A stretch of DNA of 34,930 bases from a virus (lineage: Duplodnaviria > Caudoviricetes). This document shows, piece after piece, positions 1 to 7,641 of this stretch; within the stretch, counting starts at the first letter, position 1, and each line of letters begins with the position of its first letter. The notes below the pieces were generated by a model. The model was not told where the DNA came from. It made no database searches and was given only the letters and a program-made list of their open reading frames with translations. Where the stretch lies: positions 1 to 34,930 of IMG/VR virus record IMGVR_UViG_3300011336_000452; one strand, 5' to 3'. The translations under genes and the position numbers were made by a program.

Positions 1-792
1 TTGAAAGGCAGCCACACCAATTTGACCTGCCTTGGCAACCGCACCAGCAAAATTTTCCATTCCACTACCTGCAGTGGCTTTTACCACAGCGTTTGTATCT
101 GCAATCTGGTCCTTTAACTCCCCTGCTCTCTGAGTCATCTCTTGGAATCTTGGATCTGATGACTCCATTTGTTGCAATGCCTGAGTAAGTTCCCTTAATT
201 GTAGCTTTAAACTCTTAGTCGCACCCTCATAATTCCCTACATTTCTTTGATGTTGACCAACAGTTGCATCAACAGCCTTTAACTTTTGATCCAATTGAGT
301 GATTGTTGCAAGTAATTCTTTGCCCTCTGTTGTGTTTTCTTGGTTGGTAACTGCCAAATCTTTGTAAGCCTTACGAGCTTTGTTCAATTCTGCACTCAAT
401 TTACTGTAGGCACTTGCCTCATTTGATGCCAACTTAGCCGCTTTCTCCTGTTCCTTTGCTACCCTTGCAAGTTCCTGAGCTTTTAGCTTTTCAAGTTTTA
501 CAAGTTCTTGATCAACTTTTATTCGTTGTTGTTCTGCTTGAGCTTGTTGTTTTGCAATTGTAGCGCTATCTTTCATCACTTGACTAGCAGCTTTCGCAGC
601 ATCTGAAAACTCTTTTAATCCCTTTGATGAATTTGTCGAACTGTTTTTAATGTCATTTTGAATAACTTTAGCGCTTTCTTTTAATTCAGATTGAACCTGT
701 TGTAGTGTTTCAATAGTATCTATTGCGCTTTTACGTATGCCTTTAAATACATCCTCTTGCTCAAATAAGTCCGATATGTTAATTTTTTTCAT
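1..792 (-). CDS. Tape measure protein, N-terminal part (runs off window start)
   Basis: Hand-translated from ATG at 792: MKKINISDLFEQEDVFKGIRKSA...QHQRNVGNYEG...AGQIGVAAFQ, open to base 1. Ala/Gln/Lys-rich helical sequence downstream of tail genes. Not in the ORF track because it is truncated. Confidence 0.85.
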   Translation of the reverse strand, partial: MKKINISDLFEQEDVFKGIRKSAIDTIETLQQVQSELKESAKVIQNDIKNSSTNSSKGLKEFSDAAKAASQVMKDSATIAKQQAQAEQQRIKVDQELVKLEKLKAQELARVAKEQEKAAKLASNEASAYSKLSAELNKARKAYKDLAVTNQENTTEGKELLATITQLDQKLKAVDATVGQHQRNVGNYEGATKSLKLQLRELTQALQQMESSDPRFQEMTQRAGELKDQIADTNAVVKATAGSGMENFAGAVAKAGQIGVAAFQ

Positions 793-1360
793 TCTTTTTT
801 ATACCGTTATAACGTTCGTATTGCTTTTGCAAATTAAAAAAATCTAGGGTTGTTATTTGCTTTGGATTAATCCACTGACCCATCCATTTGGAAATATATA
901 TTAAGCATTCTCGAATGTCAACACCTGTCCCCGCATTTTTTAGCATTAATTTCAATTTTTGTTCTTCTACTTCAATCATAGTTAATTTAAACCGATCCTG
1001 TGTAAGTACAAATTCACATTCAAGTAAAGCTTTATTTTTGATGACTTCAATCAATTTTGCGTGCATTTTATTCAATCCAAATTTAGTTAGATATGAATCA
1101 TATATCAACTCCCAGTATTGATTGTCTAGTTGAATATTTCCAGAACTTAAATCTTTTCTGCAATACTCAATTTTACCATCCATGCACTCAATCCAATTCT
1201 CTAGTGGTAACTCATCAATCCCCTTGTAGTATTTTGTTGATTTCGATAATAAGTCTTTCTTTGAGTTTTTCGGTAATTTTTTCAAGACTTTGTTCCGTAA
1301 GTCCGACAATCTCCTCACCATATTTGTCAAAAAGGTTCGTAACTTTTCCTGTAAATTCAT
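779..1360 (-). CDS. Putative tail assembly chaperone-like protein (start uncertain; ATG 1183, ATG 1321 or a TTG possible)
   Basis: Lies directly before the tape measure gene; overlaps the upstream ORF. Confidence 0.5.
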   Translation of the reverse strand: MNLQEKLRTFLTNMVRRLSDLRNKVLKKLPKNSKKDLLSKSTKYYKGIDELPLENWIECMDGKIEYCRKDLSSGNIQLDNQYWELIYDSYLTKFGLNKMHAKLIEVIKNKALLECEFVLTQDRFKLTMIEVEEQKLKLMLKNAGTGVDIRECLIYISKWMGQWINPKQITTLDFFNLQKQYERYNGIKKNEKN

Positions 1361-1694
1361 CTGTTTTGTTTGGGTTTGCGTCTATTTCAAAAAAATCTTT
1401 ACCTAGCAAAAATACCATGCTTTCGTAAAACTGCCCGGTATCTTTTAAAGTATAAGGATCTCCTTCTTGTTTTCGACCTCGTGTTATTAATTCAGTCCAA
1501 AAGGAATACGCGTTATTTCCTTCATTATCGGTAATTCTTTGACCCGTTCCATCAATACCTTTTTGCAACTGCTCATCTTGAATCAATACATCAATAATAT
1601 AGCGTTGCAATTCTTTGTCTTTGAACACTCGTAACCAAAGATATATAGGTGTAAGGTAGTTAAATCGGTTTAATAGTTTAAAAACGGCTTCCAT
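1215..1694 (-). CDS. Putative tail completion / neck-like virion protein
   Basis: 159 aa with a TLKDTGQFYES motif resembling the LxDTG motif of phage morphogenesis proteins; position in tail module. Confidence 0.55.
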   Translation of the reverse strand: MEAVFKLLNRFNYLTPIYLWLRVFKDKELQRYIIDVLIQDEQLQKGIDGTGQRITDNEGNNAYSFWTELITRGRKQEGDPYTLKDTGQFYESMVFLLGKDFFEIDANPNKTDEFTGKVTNLFDKYGEEIVGLTEQSLEKITEKLKERLIIEINKILQGD

Positions 1695-1702
1695 TTCAGA
1701 TA

Positions 1703-1710
1703 CTAAGTTA
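1703..1710 (-). promoter_or_regulatory. Possible -7 promoter variant (TAACTTAG) restarting transcription after the terminator
   Basis: One mismatch to TAnnTTTG; 8 nt upstream of ATG 1694, directly after a terminator. Confidence 0.35.
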
Positions 1711-1713
1711 CAT

Positions 1714-1756
1714 AAAAAAAAGGGGTAAAAAAAGGGGTAAGAATTATCCTACCCCT
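1714..1756 (-). terminator. Intrinsic terminator after major tail operon
   Basis: Minus strand AGGGGTAGGA-TAAT-TCTTACCCCT followed by a T run; the 3' arm plus T tract is tandemly duplicated. Confidence 0.85.
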
Positions 1757-1776
1757 CTCATTCACCCAAACAAAGG

Positions 1777-1932
1777 TTATTTCTTTTTCTTTGGATTAGC
1801 TTTTAGCCATGCAGCTTTGACAATTTCAACGTTTATATGTGGAAACATAGCTTTCACTTCGTTAAGTGTTTGACTCTCCAAATGTTCAACGGCAAAATGT
1901 ACCTTTCCAACTACAATGTAAGGCGCTTTCAT
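1777..1932 (-). CDS. Small hypothetical protein (51 aa)
   Basis: Hand-translated MKAPYIVVGKVHFAVEHLE...ANPKKKK; TAATG overlap with the major tail stop codon. Confidence 0.75.
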   Translation of the reverse strand: MKAPYIVVGKVHFAVEHLESQTLNEVKAMFPHINVEIVKAAWLKANPKKKK

Positions 1933-2828
1933 TACGCAAATATGTAAGTGAACGTACCTAAATAACCCGGTTTAGCAATTACCAGTGAAGCCCCTTCGCC
2001 GTTTGTTTGAGCGACATAACTCAATGTATAATTACCCGGTGTGTTTTCAACTGCTGTTACTGTAACCACAGATGAAGTAGTAGTATTATTTAATACAAAG
2101 TCACCTGAAACAAGCCCTTGAGCTTTGATAGGGTTTAATGCTGTACCGTAATCTAATACTGCATCAAATGTCAATGTAGTAGTAGTAACAGTATCATTTA
2201 CCACGTTGATATCAATCAATCCACTAAGTGAGTTGAAATTAATACCAGCTTCAGATGAAGTAATCATGTACATTGTTGAATCGTCAAATAAACGATCAAA
2301 GTCAAAACCAACCATGATTTTTTGAACGGTTGAATCTGTAGCAACCATCCACTTAGGGTCGAAAGACTGCTCATCAACAGGGATAGGGTATAAATATCCA
2401 CCTTGTTTAGATCCAATTAAAGCACCGTTTACATCAACGATATAAACTCCAAACTGAACACAACGACCAGCATTCAATTTACCTAACATTGTAGGCGTTG
2501 AATCGTCTCCCCAAAGTTCACCAGCAAATGATCTTTTTCCTTGACGTAAAAACGCCATACGTCCAGAGTTAGCCTCTTCAAATTGGCTATCTGCTTTTGG
2601 CATTTCTACATTCTCAAACGCAGGCAAAGGAAACCAACGTTTTGAAGCGTCACTTTCATTAATTAAGTCGCTCCATGTTGGCAAGGCAGCAGCTAAATCA
2701 ATAGCATTTAAAGTACCGTCATTTGCCATTAACGGAACCATAATTAACTTTGATGTTACCGATTGAAGAGGTACACATCCCGGGCGTCCAGTGTTGGCAA
2801 GTCCCGCATCACAATTACATCCTAACAT
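1932..2828 (-). CDS. Major tail (tube) protein
   Basis: 298 aa, beta-rich with Thr-rich Ig-like C-terminus; follows neck genes; operon ends in a strong terminator. Confidence 0.7.
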   Translation of the reverse strand: MLGCNCDAGLANTGRPGCVPLQSVTSKLIMVPLMANDGTLNAIDLAAALPTWSDLINESDASKRWFPLPAFENVEMPKADSQFEEANSGRMAFLRQGKRSFAGELWGDDSTPTMLGKLNAGRCVQFGVYIVDVNGALIGSKQGGYLYPIPVDEQSFDPKWMVATDSTVQKIMVGFDFDRLFDDSTMYMITSSEAGINFNSLSGLIDINVVNDTVTTTTLTFDAVLDYGTALNPIKAQGLVSGDFVLNNTTTSSVVTVTAVENTPGNYTLSYVAQTNGEGASLVIAKPGYLGTFTYIFA

Positions 2829-2848
2829 TTCTTTTATGTTTTAAGTGT

Positions 2849-3388
2849 TTAACAATTTATACAACACGTGCTATCAAATTTTACTTGTAAGTTGACACGT
2901 AACACATACAAGTTACTCATATTGTGAGTAGTTAATTTTTCAGTATTAAACTCGCTATAAACGTTTTCAATTCCAGTTACTACGCTATTAATTTCAAAGA
3001 TTGCTATCCATGATTTAAAAGCGTTAATGACCATGTTTCTAATTTCTTCATCAGCTCGGTGTGGCACGCTAGGCAGCAACTTTTTTAAGTCACATTGCAA
3101 AATCCAACTTAACTCTTGAGTTATTCGGTTGCCTTGTTCAAACTGTGCGTTATCGGAACTAATAAAAAAGCTAGTCGCATTGAAATAATCATTGTAGAAA
3201 CATTCCCGATATTCTCCATTTGAAGTATAAACCTCTGCGATAAAACCCGTTTGACCGTTAATCTTAGGGTTTATGTACGCTCGATGGTTATTCTCCCAAT
3301 TGGAAAAGGCTAATTTATTCTCTAAATGACTTTGTAAATCATTCACTAAAATATCTATACCTACAGGGTTTGTTTTAGCTACTATCAT
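2849..3388 (-). CDS. Putative tail terminator / neck protein
   Basis: 179 aa; sits immediately before the major tail gene. Confidence 0.5.
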   Translation of the reverse strand: MIVAKTNPVGIDILVNDLQSHLENKLAFSNWENNHRAYINPKINGQTGFIAEVYTSNGEYRECFYNDYFNATSFFISSDNAQFEQGNRITQELSWILQCDLKKLLPSVPHRADEEIRNMVINAFKSWIAIFEINSVVTGIENVYSEFNTEKLTTHNMSNLYVLRVNLQVKFDSTCCINC

Positions 3389-4476
3389 TCGACTATGTCA
3401 ACTGTGAATTGATCGGTAAAAAACGAATCTTTGAGTTTCTGAATCTCTTTTTTGAGGGTTTTAATCTCAAAATACAACGCATCTCGCAATCCCCTCATGT
3501 TTACTTGACCCTCGGCATTATTTCCATTGATTGAAAGCAATATCATGGCTACAATTTCACGACCTAACCGCTCATCTCTATTACTTCGTGTTGAAGTTGC
3601 TATTTGCATCAATAAGTAAATAGCCCATTCCAATTGAACAGCCCTTGAAAACAACGTCTTTGAAGTAACAACAAACTCGGTAAAGTCCTCAAATACGAAT
3701 ATCTGAGGATTCATTCCAACGTTGTTTGAAATTTCATATACGTTTTCAGCTGTGAAATCTGTAATTGACCAATCATTTGCGTTAAAATAGCATTGTTCAA
3801 CTTCGATCTCACTTAGGTAATTCATTTGCGCCGCATCTTCATAATCACGCTTAAACGGTTCTAATCTTTCAGACGGGTTTACTGGGTAAATCATTAAATA
3901 ATAATCACCCTTGTAATCGGAATCCGTGTTATTAATCACAAAATCCAATGTTTCAATCTGAAATTTTGACGTTAAAGTAATTGATTTGGTATGTATCGGA
4001 GTAGGTATTAAACTATTCATAACTACCACTTCGACATCAATAGAACCATTATCAAATGAGTATTCAAATTGACATTTACCAATTTTAAAAGCTACATTTT
4101 TAGTATCTGAAACCTCGATTTCATAACCGTAAACAAAGCCGTTTAAATCCGTTTCAATATTGGTTCTAGTCGAAGCCTTTGAGAATAGGTAATTTTGATC
4201 GATATAATCCGGTTGATCAAATACTTTATACATCACATTTGCGATAGCGGTTTTTTGTGTTTGTTCGAGTAACGTGTTCAATTGAGCTGTGTCAATACCC
4301 GCAAATTCTTGAGTATCTAAAAACAATTTCAATTTAAACGGTGGTACATCGTCCACATACAAACCACTTTGACTTGTTGTAATTTGAGAAACTAAAACAG
4401 GCAAAGACGGATCGAGCGGTTGGCGCAAACCAACCAGCCCGAACAAACCGTTTTGTATTTTAGTAACGTCAAACAT
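3385..4476 (-). CDS. Putative head-tail adaptor / structural protein
   Basis: 363 aa directly after the major capsid gene; tightly coupled. Confidence 0.5.
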   Translation of the reverse strand: MFDVTKIQNGLFGLVGLRQPLDPSLPVLVSQITTSQSGLYVDDVPPFKLKLFLDTQEFAGIDTAQLNTLLEQTQKTAIANVMYKVFDQPDYIDQNYLFSKASTRTNIETDLNGFVYGYEIEVSDTKNVAFKIGKCQFEYSFDNGSIDVEVVVMNSLIPTPIHTKSITLTSKFQIETLDFVINNTDSDYKGDYYLMIYPVNPSERLEPFKRDYEDAAQMNYLSEIEVEQCYFNANDWSITDFTAENVYEISNNVGMNPQIFVFEDFTEFVVTSKTLFSRAVQLEWAIYLLMQIATSTRSNRDERLGREIVAMILLSINGNNAEGQVNMRGLRDALYFEIKTLKKEIQKLKDSFFTDQFTVDIVE

Positions 4477-4477
4477 A

Positions 4478-5500
4478 CTAAACTAGTGCAAATGCAAGTA
4501 AAGGAGTTTCAGAAGCTACTGATAATGGAGCGTGTTGTAACGCTATATCCAAAGATACTTCAACCTCTGTTAAAACATCCTGAGTATAACCGTTTACAGA
4601 TGTTCCGTTCGCTCTCGCTTCATATGAGTGAACCGCGTACGATAAACCATCAACAGGGTTTAAGATAGACCCGTATGTATTTACCATTGTTTGAACGCCG
4701 TTTCTGTTTTGAATTGGAATCCATGGTAAACCACCAATCATACCGTCTTGAACCGCAACCCAAAAACCCTTCGTATAAGACAATGCCGCAGCCGCCGCCG
4801 TCAATTGTGGCGCGTGAACGAAATTAACCCCTTGGTATTGGAATGAATAGTTCGTACTATTTGAAGCACCTTGAGCAGCTCCGAAAAGGAACTTATTGAA
4901 AGCAATTGAATCACAAAAGATTGTGAACATACCACCTTGGTACTTGTTGATGTCCATAACCATGCGAGTAATTTGAATCGCGCGATTACCGTTGGTAGCA
5001 TCTGTAATTTCAAACGCATCATTTGTAGCGTTAAAAGTACCCTCAGCAGCAGCGTTGTTAACACCCGATCTGTTTGCGAATGCATACGTAGCAGCAACGC
5101 CATCCAAACCGTCTGCGAAGTTTGCAATAACGTTCAATAATTTTTCGTTTTGCTCTTCAACTGCATCAAACACAGAGTTGTCAGCTTGTTTAAGAGTGAA
5201 AGAAAATTTGTCATTGTAAGTTGTCCAACTTGGAGTTAATACACCTGAATCACCACTTGAACCAGTATGGTTATGTGAACGACCAGTTCCCAAAGCTCTG
5301 GATTGTCTTACAAAATAATTCGCCTCAACTGCTCTATCTTCACGTTTGCGAAGGATTTCATAGTCGGGTAAAAAAGATGGAGCGCTTTGAATAAACGCTT
5401 TGAAAACAGCAGGATCGCGAAAACGCTTATCCGCATTTGCAAAAGCACCGTTTAATTTTGCTTGTGCTTTTACAAGATTTGCTAATGTGTAATTAGGCAT
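4478..5500 (-). CDS. Major capsid protein
   Basis: 340 aa, Ala/Gly/Asn-rich, after portal and scaffold, with its own promoter. Confidence 0.8.
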   Translation of the reverse strand: MPNYTLANLVKAQAKLNGAFANADKRFRDPAVFKAFIQSAPSFLPDYEILRKREDRAVEANYFVRQSRALGTGRSHNHTGSSGDSGVLTPSWTTYNDKFSFTLKQADNSVFDAVEEQNEKLLNVIANFADGLDGVAATYAFANRSGVNNAAAEGTFNATNDAFEITDATNGNRAIQITRMVMDINKYQGGMFTIFCDSIAFNKFLFGAAQGASNSTNYSFQYQGVNFVHAPQLTAAAAALSYTKGFWVAVQDGMIGGLPWIPIQNRNGVQTMVNTYGSILNPVDGLSYAVHSYEARANGTSVNGYTQDVLTEVEVSLDIALQHAPLSVASETPLLAFALV

Positions 5501-5592
5501 TTCTTTTAATTTTTAGATTAAACAATAATAAAATTTCTTTGATTTGTTGCTGAACGTCAGCGAAAGGCTTTGAAGCACGGCTTCGATAAACG

Positions 5593-5623
5593 CAAAATTA
5601 AATTGAATTAATAGGCTTGTCAA
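5593..5623 (-). promoter_or_regulatory. Bacteroidota-type promoter for capsid operon
   Basis: TAATTTTG (-7) at 5593-5600 and TTG(ACA) about 20 nt upstream. Confidence 0.6.
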
Positions 5624-5708
5624 TAGTTAGTATTGAATTATTTTGTGTTTCAACTATTCGAAATTTTCAGATAGTTCAAATTATTTTTAAAAAATGAATA
5701 ATTTTTTA

Positions 5709-5737
5709 TTGTAGTTTTAAAAACTTTTGTATCTTTG
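5709..5737 (+). promoter_or_regulatory. Bacteroidota-type promoter for plus-strand island
   Basis: TTG at 5709 and TATCTTTG at 5730-5737, divergent from the capsid promoter. Confidence 0.65.
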
Positions 5738-5762
5738 TTTCATAATTATAAATGACAACCAT

Positions 5763-5945
5763 ATGAAAGAATTAAGAGAATTACAAGCGACGTTAACTAA
5801 AATCAAACTAGAAATACCTGTATTTTTTAATATTGTTCAATTTAGAGATGTTCACGGATTAGTTAAAGAACATGGTAAAAAATCAAACGGTTTTACTAAA
5901 TGGATTTTAACTGAAAAAGGAAATAAAATTTTAAATATTGGTTAA
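5763..5945 (+). CDS. Small hypothetical protein (60 aa), winged-helix-like C-terminus
   Basis: ATG 5763 after an A-rich leader and promoter; GLVKEH...WILTEKG resembles a wHTH wing; the only credible plus-strand CDS. Confidence 0.7.
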   Translation: MKELRELQATLTKIKLEIPVFFNIVQFRDVHGLVKEHGKKSNGFTKWILTEKGNKILNIG

Positions 5946-6024
5946 TAAAACTAAATGATAATACGCCGTCCTGAATTGCGCACAAAATTAGACGTATTGA
6001 CAGCTCGGAATAGACGAGCAACAT

Positions 6025-6133
6025 ACTTAGGTGGCAGAATGGTAATGCACACACACAGCAAGTCGATGTACACGACGCCCATAAACAGAGTTGTGTGGTG
6101 GTATAAATAGGGGTTCGAGTCCTCTCCTAAGTA
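6025..6133 (+). ncRNA. tRNA-like element with elongated/inserted anticodon arm
   Basis: Acceptor ACTTAGG/CCTAAGT, D arm GCA-GAATGGTAA-TGC, T arm AGGGG-TTCGAGT-CCTCT; anticodon arm enlarged; no encoded CCA. Confidence 0.65.
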
Positions 6134-6274
6134 CTGATTCGGTTCGAGTCCGATCGTTTGCTGAGGTTAGGTAAGTCGGTATTAACAGGCGGTTGGAGTC
6201 CGTCGGCAAGAAATTGTAATGCAAGAATACGAACAGCAATAAAAACGCTTAATAGTGCGAAGTACAAGCACCGA

Positions 6275-6299
6275 GCAGGGAGCGGAGCCTGCATTTTTT
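6275..6299 (+). terminator. Terminator of plus-strand island
   Basis: GCAGG-GAGCGGAG-CCTGC then ATTTTTT. Confidence 0.55.
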
Positions 6300-6307
6300 A
6301 ACCAAAT

Positions 6308-6334
6308 AAAAAACCCCTCTTTATTTGAGGGGTT
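6308..6334 (-). terminator. Terminator after scaffold gene
   Basis: AACCCCTC-7nt-GAGGGGTT followed by a T tract on the minus strand. Confidence 0.8.
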
Positions 6335-6365
6335 ATGACTTAATCTTTCTCAATTAAGCGTGGCG

Positions 6366-7163
6366 TTATACTTCTAATGTACCAGCTTTAATTCGCTCGT
6401 TCATTTCAGCATTAAATTTGTCGCTATTTGGCGCAATACCTTTGCCTTGCATTTCTTCAATGAATTTATCAATTGATTGCTTTGCGCTTCCACTTCCAGA
6501 ATCACCGCCACCAGATCCACCATTTCCTTTGTTTATGTACGTTGGATTGTCCATGAAGAATTTATCAATCGTATCTTTCGGAGTTAACGGCTCTAATGTC
6601 GTTGGATTTTTTAGAATTTCTCCGTTTTGCTTAACGACTGTTTTACCATTTTCGACTGTGAAATCATATTTGTTTTTTATGATTGTAATCATGTCATCCT
6701 TAGGTATAACAGTATTCTGTGGAATAATCGAACCTATTTCGGTTTGAATTTGCGCACCAATTTTGAACGATTGAAATTGATTTTCGACACGTTCCTTTTC
6801 GGATTGAATAGTTTGGATATTATTTCTTAACTTTTCAATGTCCGATTCCAACGCTTTTACTTTGGTGTCGGGTTGGATGTTTGCCTCTTCAAGAACTTTT
6901 TTCTTGTAAGCTTCGGTAAATGCATCCATGTTTTTACCCTCAAAAGATAGTCCGAGTTTGTCACGGTATTCTTTGATTGTAATTTCGACACCTGTTTGTT
7001 TAGCTTCAGTACGAATGTTTGTTTTAAATGTTTCCTCTTCCTCTGGGGTGCGAATAACTAATCCATTTGGTTTAGGTAGTTCGACTTGGGTTTGTTTTTC
7101 CAACGCATCTTTAAGCGTGTTGTCGTCAATTTCAATTTCTTGACCAGCGAATTTAAACTTCAT
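6366..7163 (-). CDS. Capsid scaffolding protein
   Basis: 265 aa, charged coiled coil, Gly-rich linker (GNGGSGGGDSGSG) before a short C-terminal helix; between portal and capsid. Confidence 0.75.
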   Translation of the reverse strand: MKFKFAGQEIEIDDNTLKDALEKQTQVELPKPNGLVIRTPEEEETFKTNIRTEAKQTGVEITIKEYRDKLGLSFEGKNMDAFTEAYKKKVLEEANIQPDTKVKALESDIEKLRNNIQTIQSEKERVENQFQSFKIGAQIQTEIGSIIPQNTVIPKDDMITIIKNKYDFTVENGKTVVKQNGEILKNPTTLEPLTPKDTIDKFFMDNPTYINKGNGGSGGGDSGSGSAKQSIDKFIEEMQGKGIAPNSDKFNAEMNERIKAGTLEV

Positions 7164-7199
7164 AATTTATTTGTTTGGGTGAATGTTACGATTTTTAGA

Positions 7200-7616
7200 T
7201 TAGTCTAAGTCTGGATTTTTGGCACGCCTTGGTGCGCGTGTTTGCTTAGGCTTTTCAGTTTCGGTAGTTTCTGTTTCTGTTTCTTCAACTTCTTTTACTA
7301 CCTTTTCAGCTTTTGGCTCTTTTACTGCCTTTGAAGCTCCGTTGCTAATTGCCCCTAAGATAGCTTCTGGAGTTATTTTAGCAGCTTGTTCACGCATTTC
7401 GAGAGCTTTCATGTGTTGTTCTCTCGCTTCGTGGTTTTCTTTGGTAGCTTCTTTATCAATGATATACAAACGTCCGTTTTCTTGACTGTTTGCATTGATT
7501 TCCTCAACATAACTTTCAGCTACTTTTTGCTTAGGATGTACCAATGTTTTATGCTCGGTTGTGAATTTACCGTTCATTCTTTGCAATTGATACAAGTCTG
7601 CGACTACAATTTTCAT
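7200..7616 (-). CDS. Hypothetical protein with Glu/Thr/Lys-rich disordered tail
   Basis: 138 aa ORF in the head module. Confidence 0.7.
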   Translation of the reverse strand: MKIVVADLYQLQRMNGKFTTEHKTLVHPKQKVAESYVEEINANSQENGRLYIIDKEATKENHEAREQHMKALEMREQAAKITPEAILGAISNGASKAVKEPKAEKVVKEVEETETETTETEKPKQTRAPRRAKNPDLD

Positions 7617-7641
7617 AATTTATTTGATTTTTAAGTGAATA

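Larger units (their letters stand above)
5960..6299 (+). ncRNA. Structured RNA region with tRNA-like domain and multiple T-loop hairpins
   Basis: GC-richer than flanks; stems AATACG/CGTATT and GCTCG/CGAGC; cloverleaf at 6025-6133; further T-loop hairpins at 6136-6155 and 6188-6204; ends in hairpin plus T6. Confidence 0.6.

Noticed and set aside
5652-5676. Palindrome AACTAT...ATAGTT between divergent promoters as an operator
   Set aside because: Single short instance in AT-rich DNA; not distinguishable from chance.
6025-6133. Canonical tRNA-Tyr call
   Set aside because: Anticodon arm geometry is non-standard, so a functional decoding tRNA cannot be supported.
6027-6239. 70-aa minus-strand ORF
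   Set aside because: Antisense shadow of the tRNA-like RNA, downstream of a terminator, with atypical composition.
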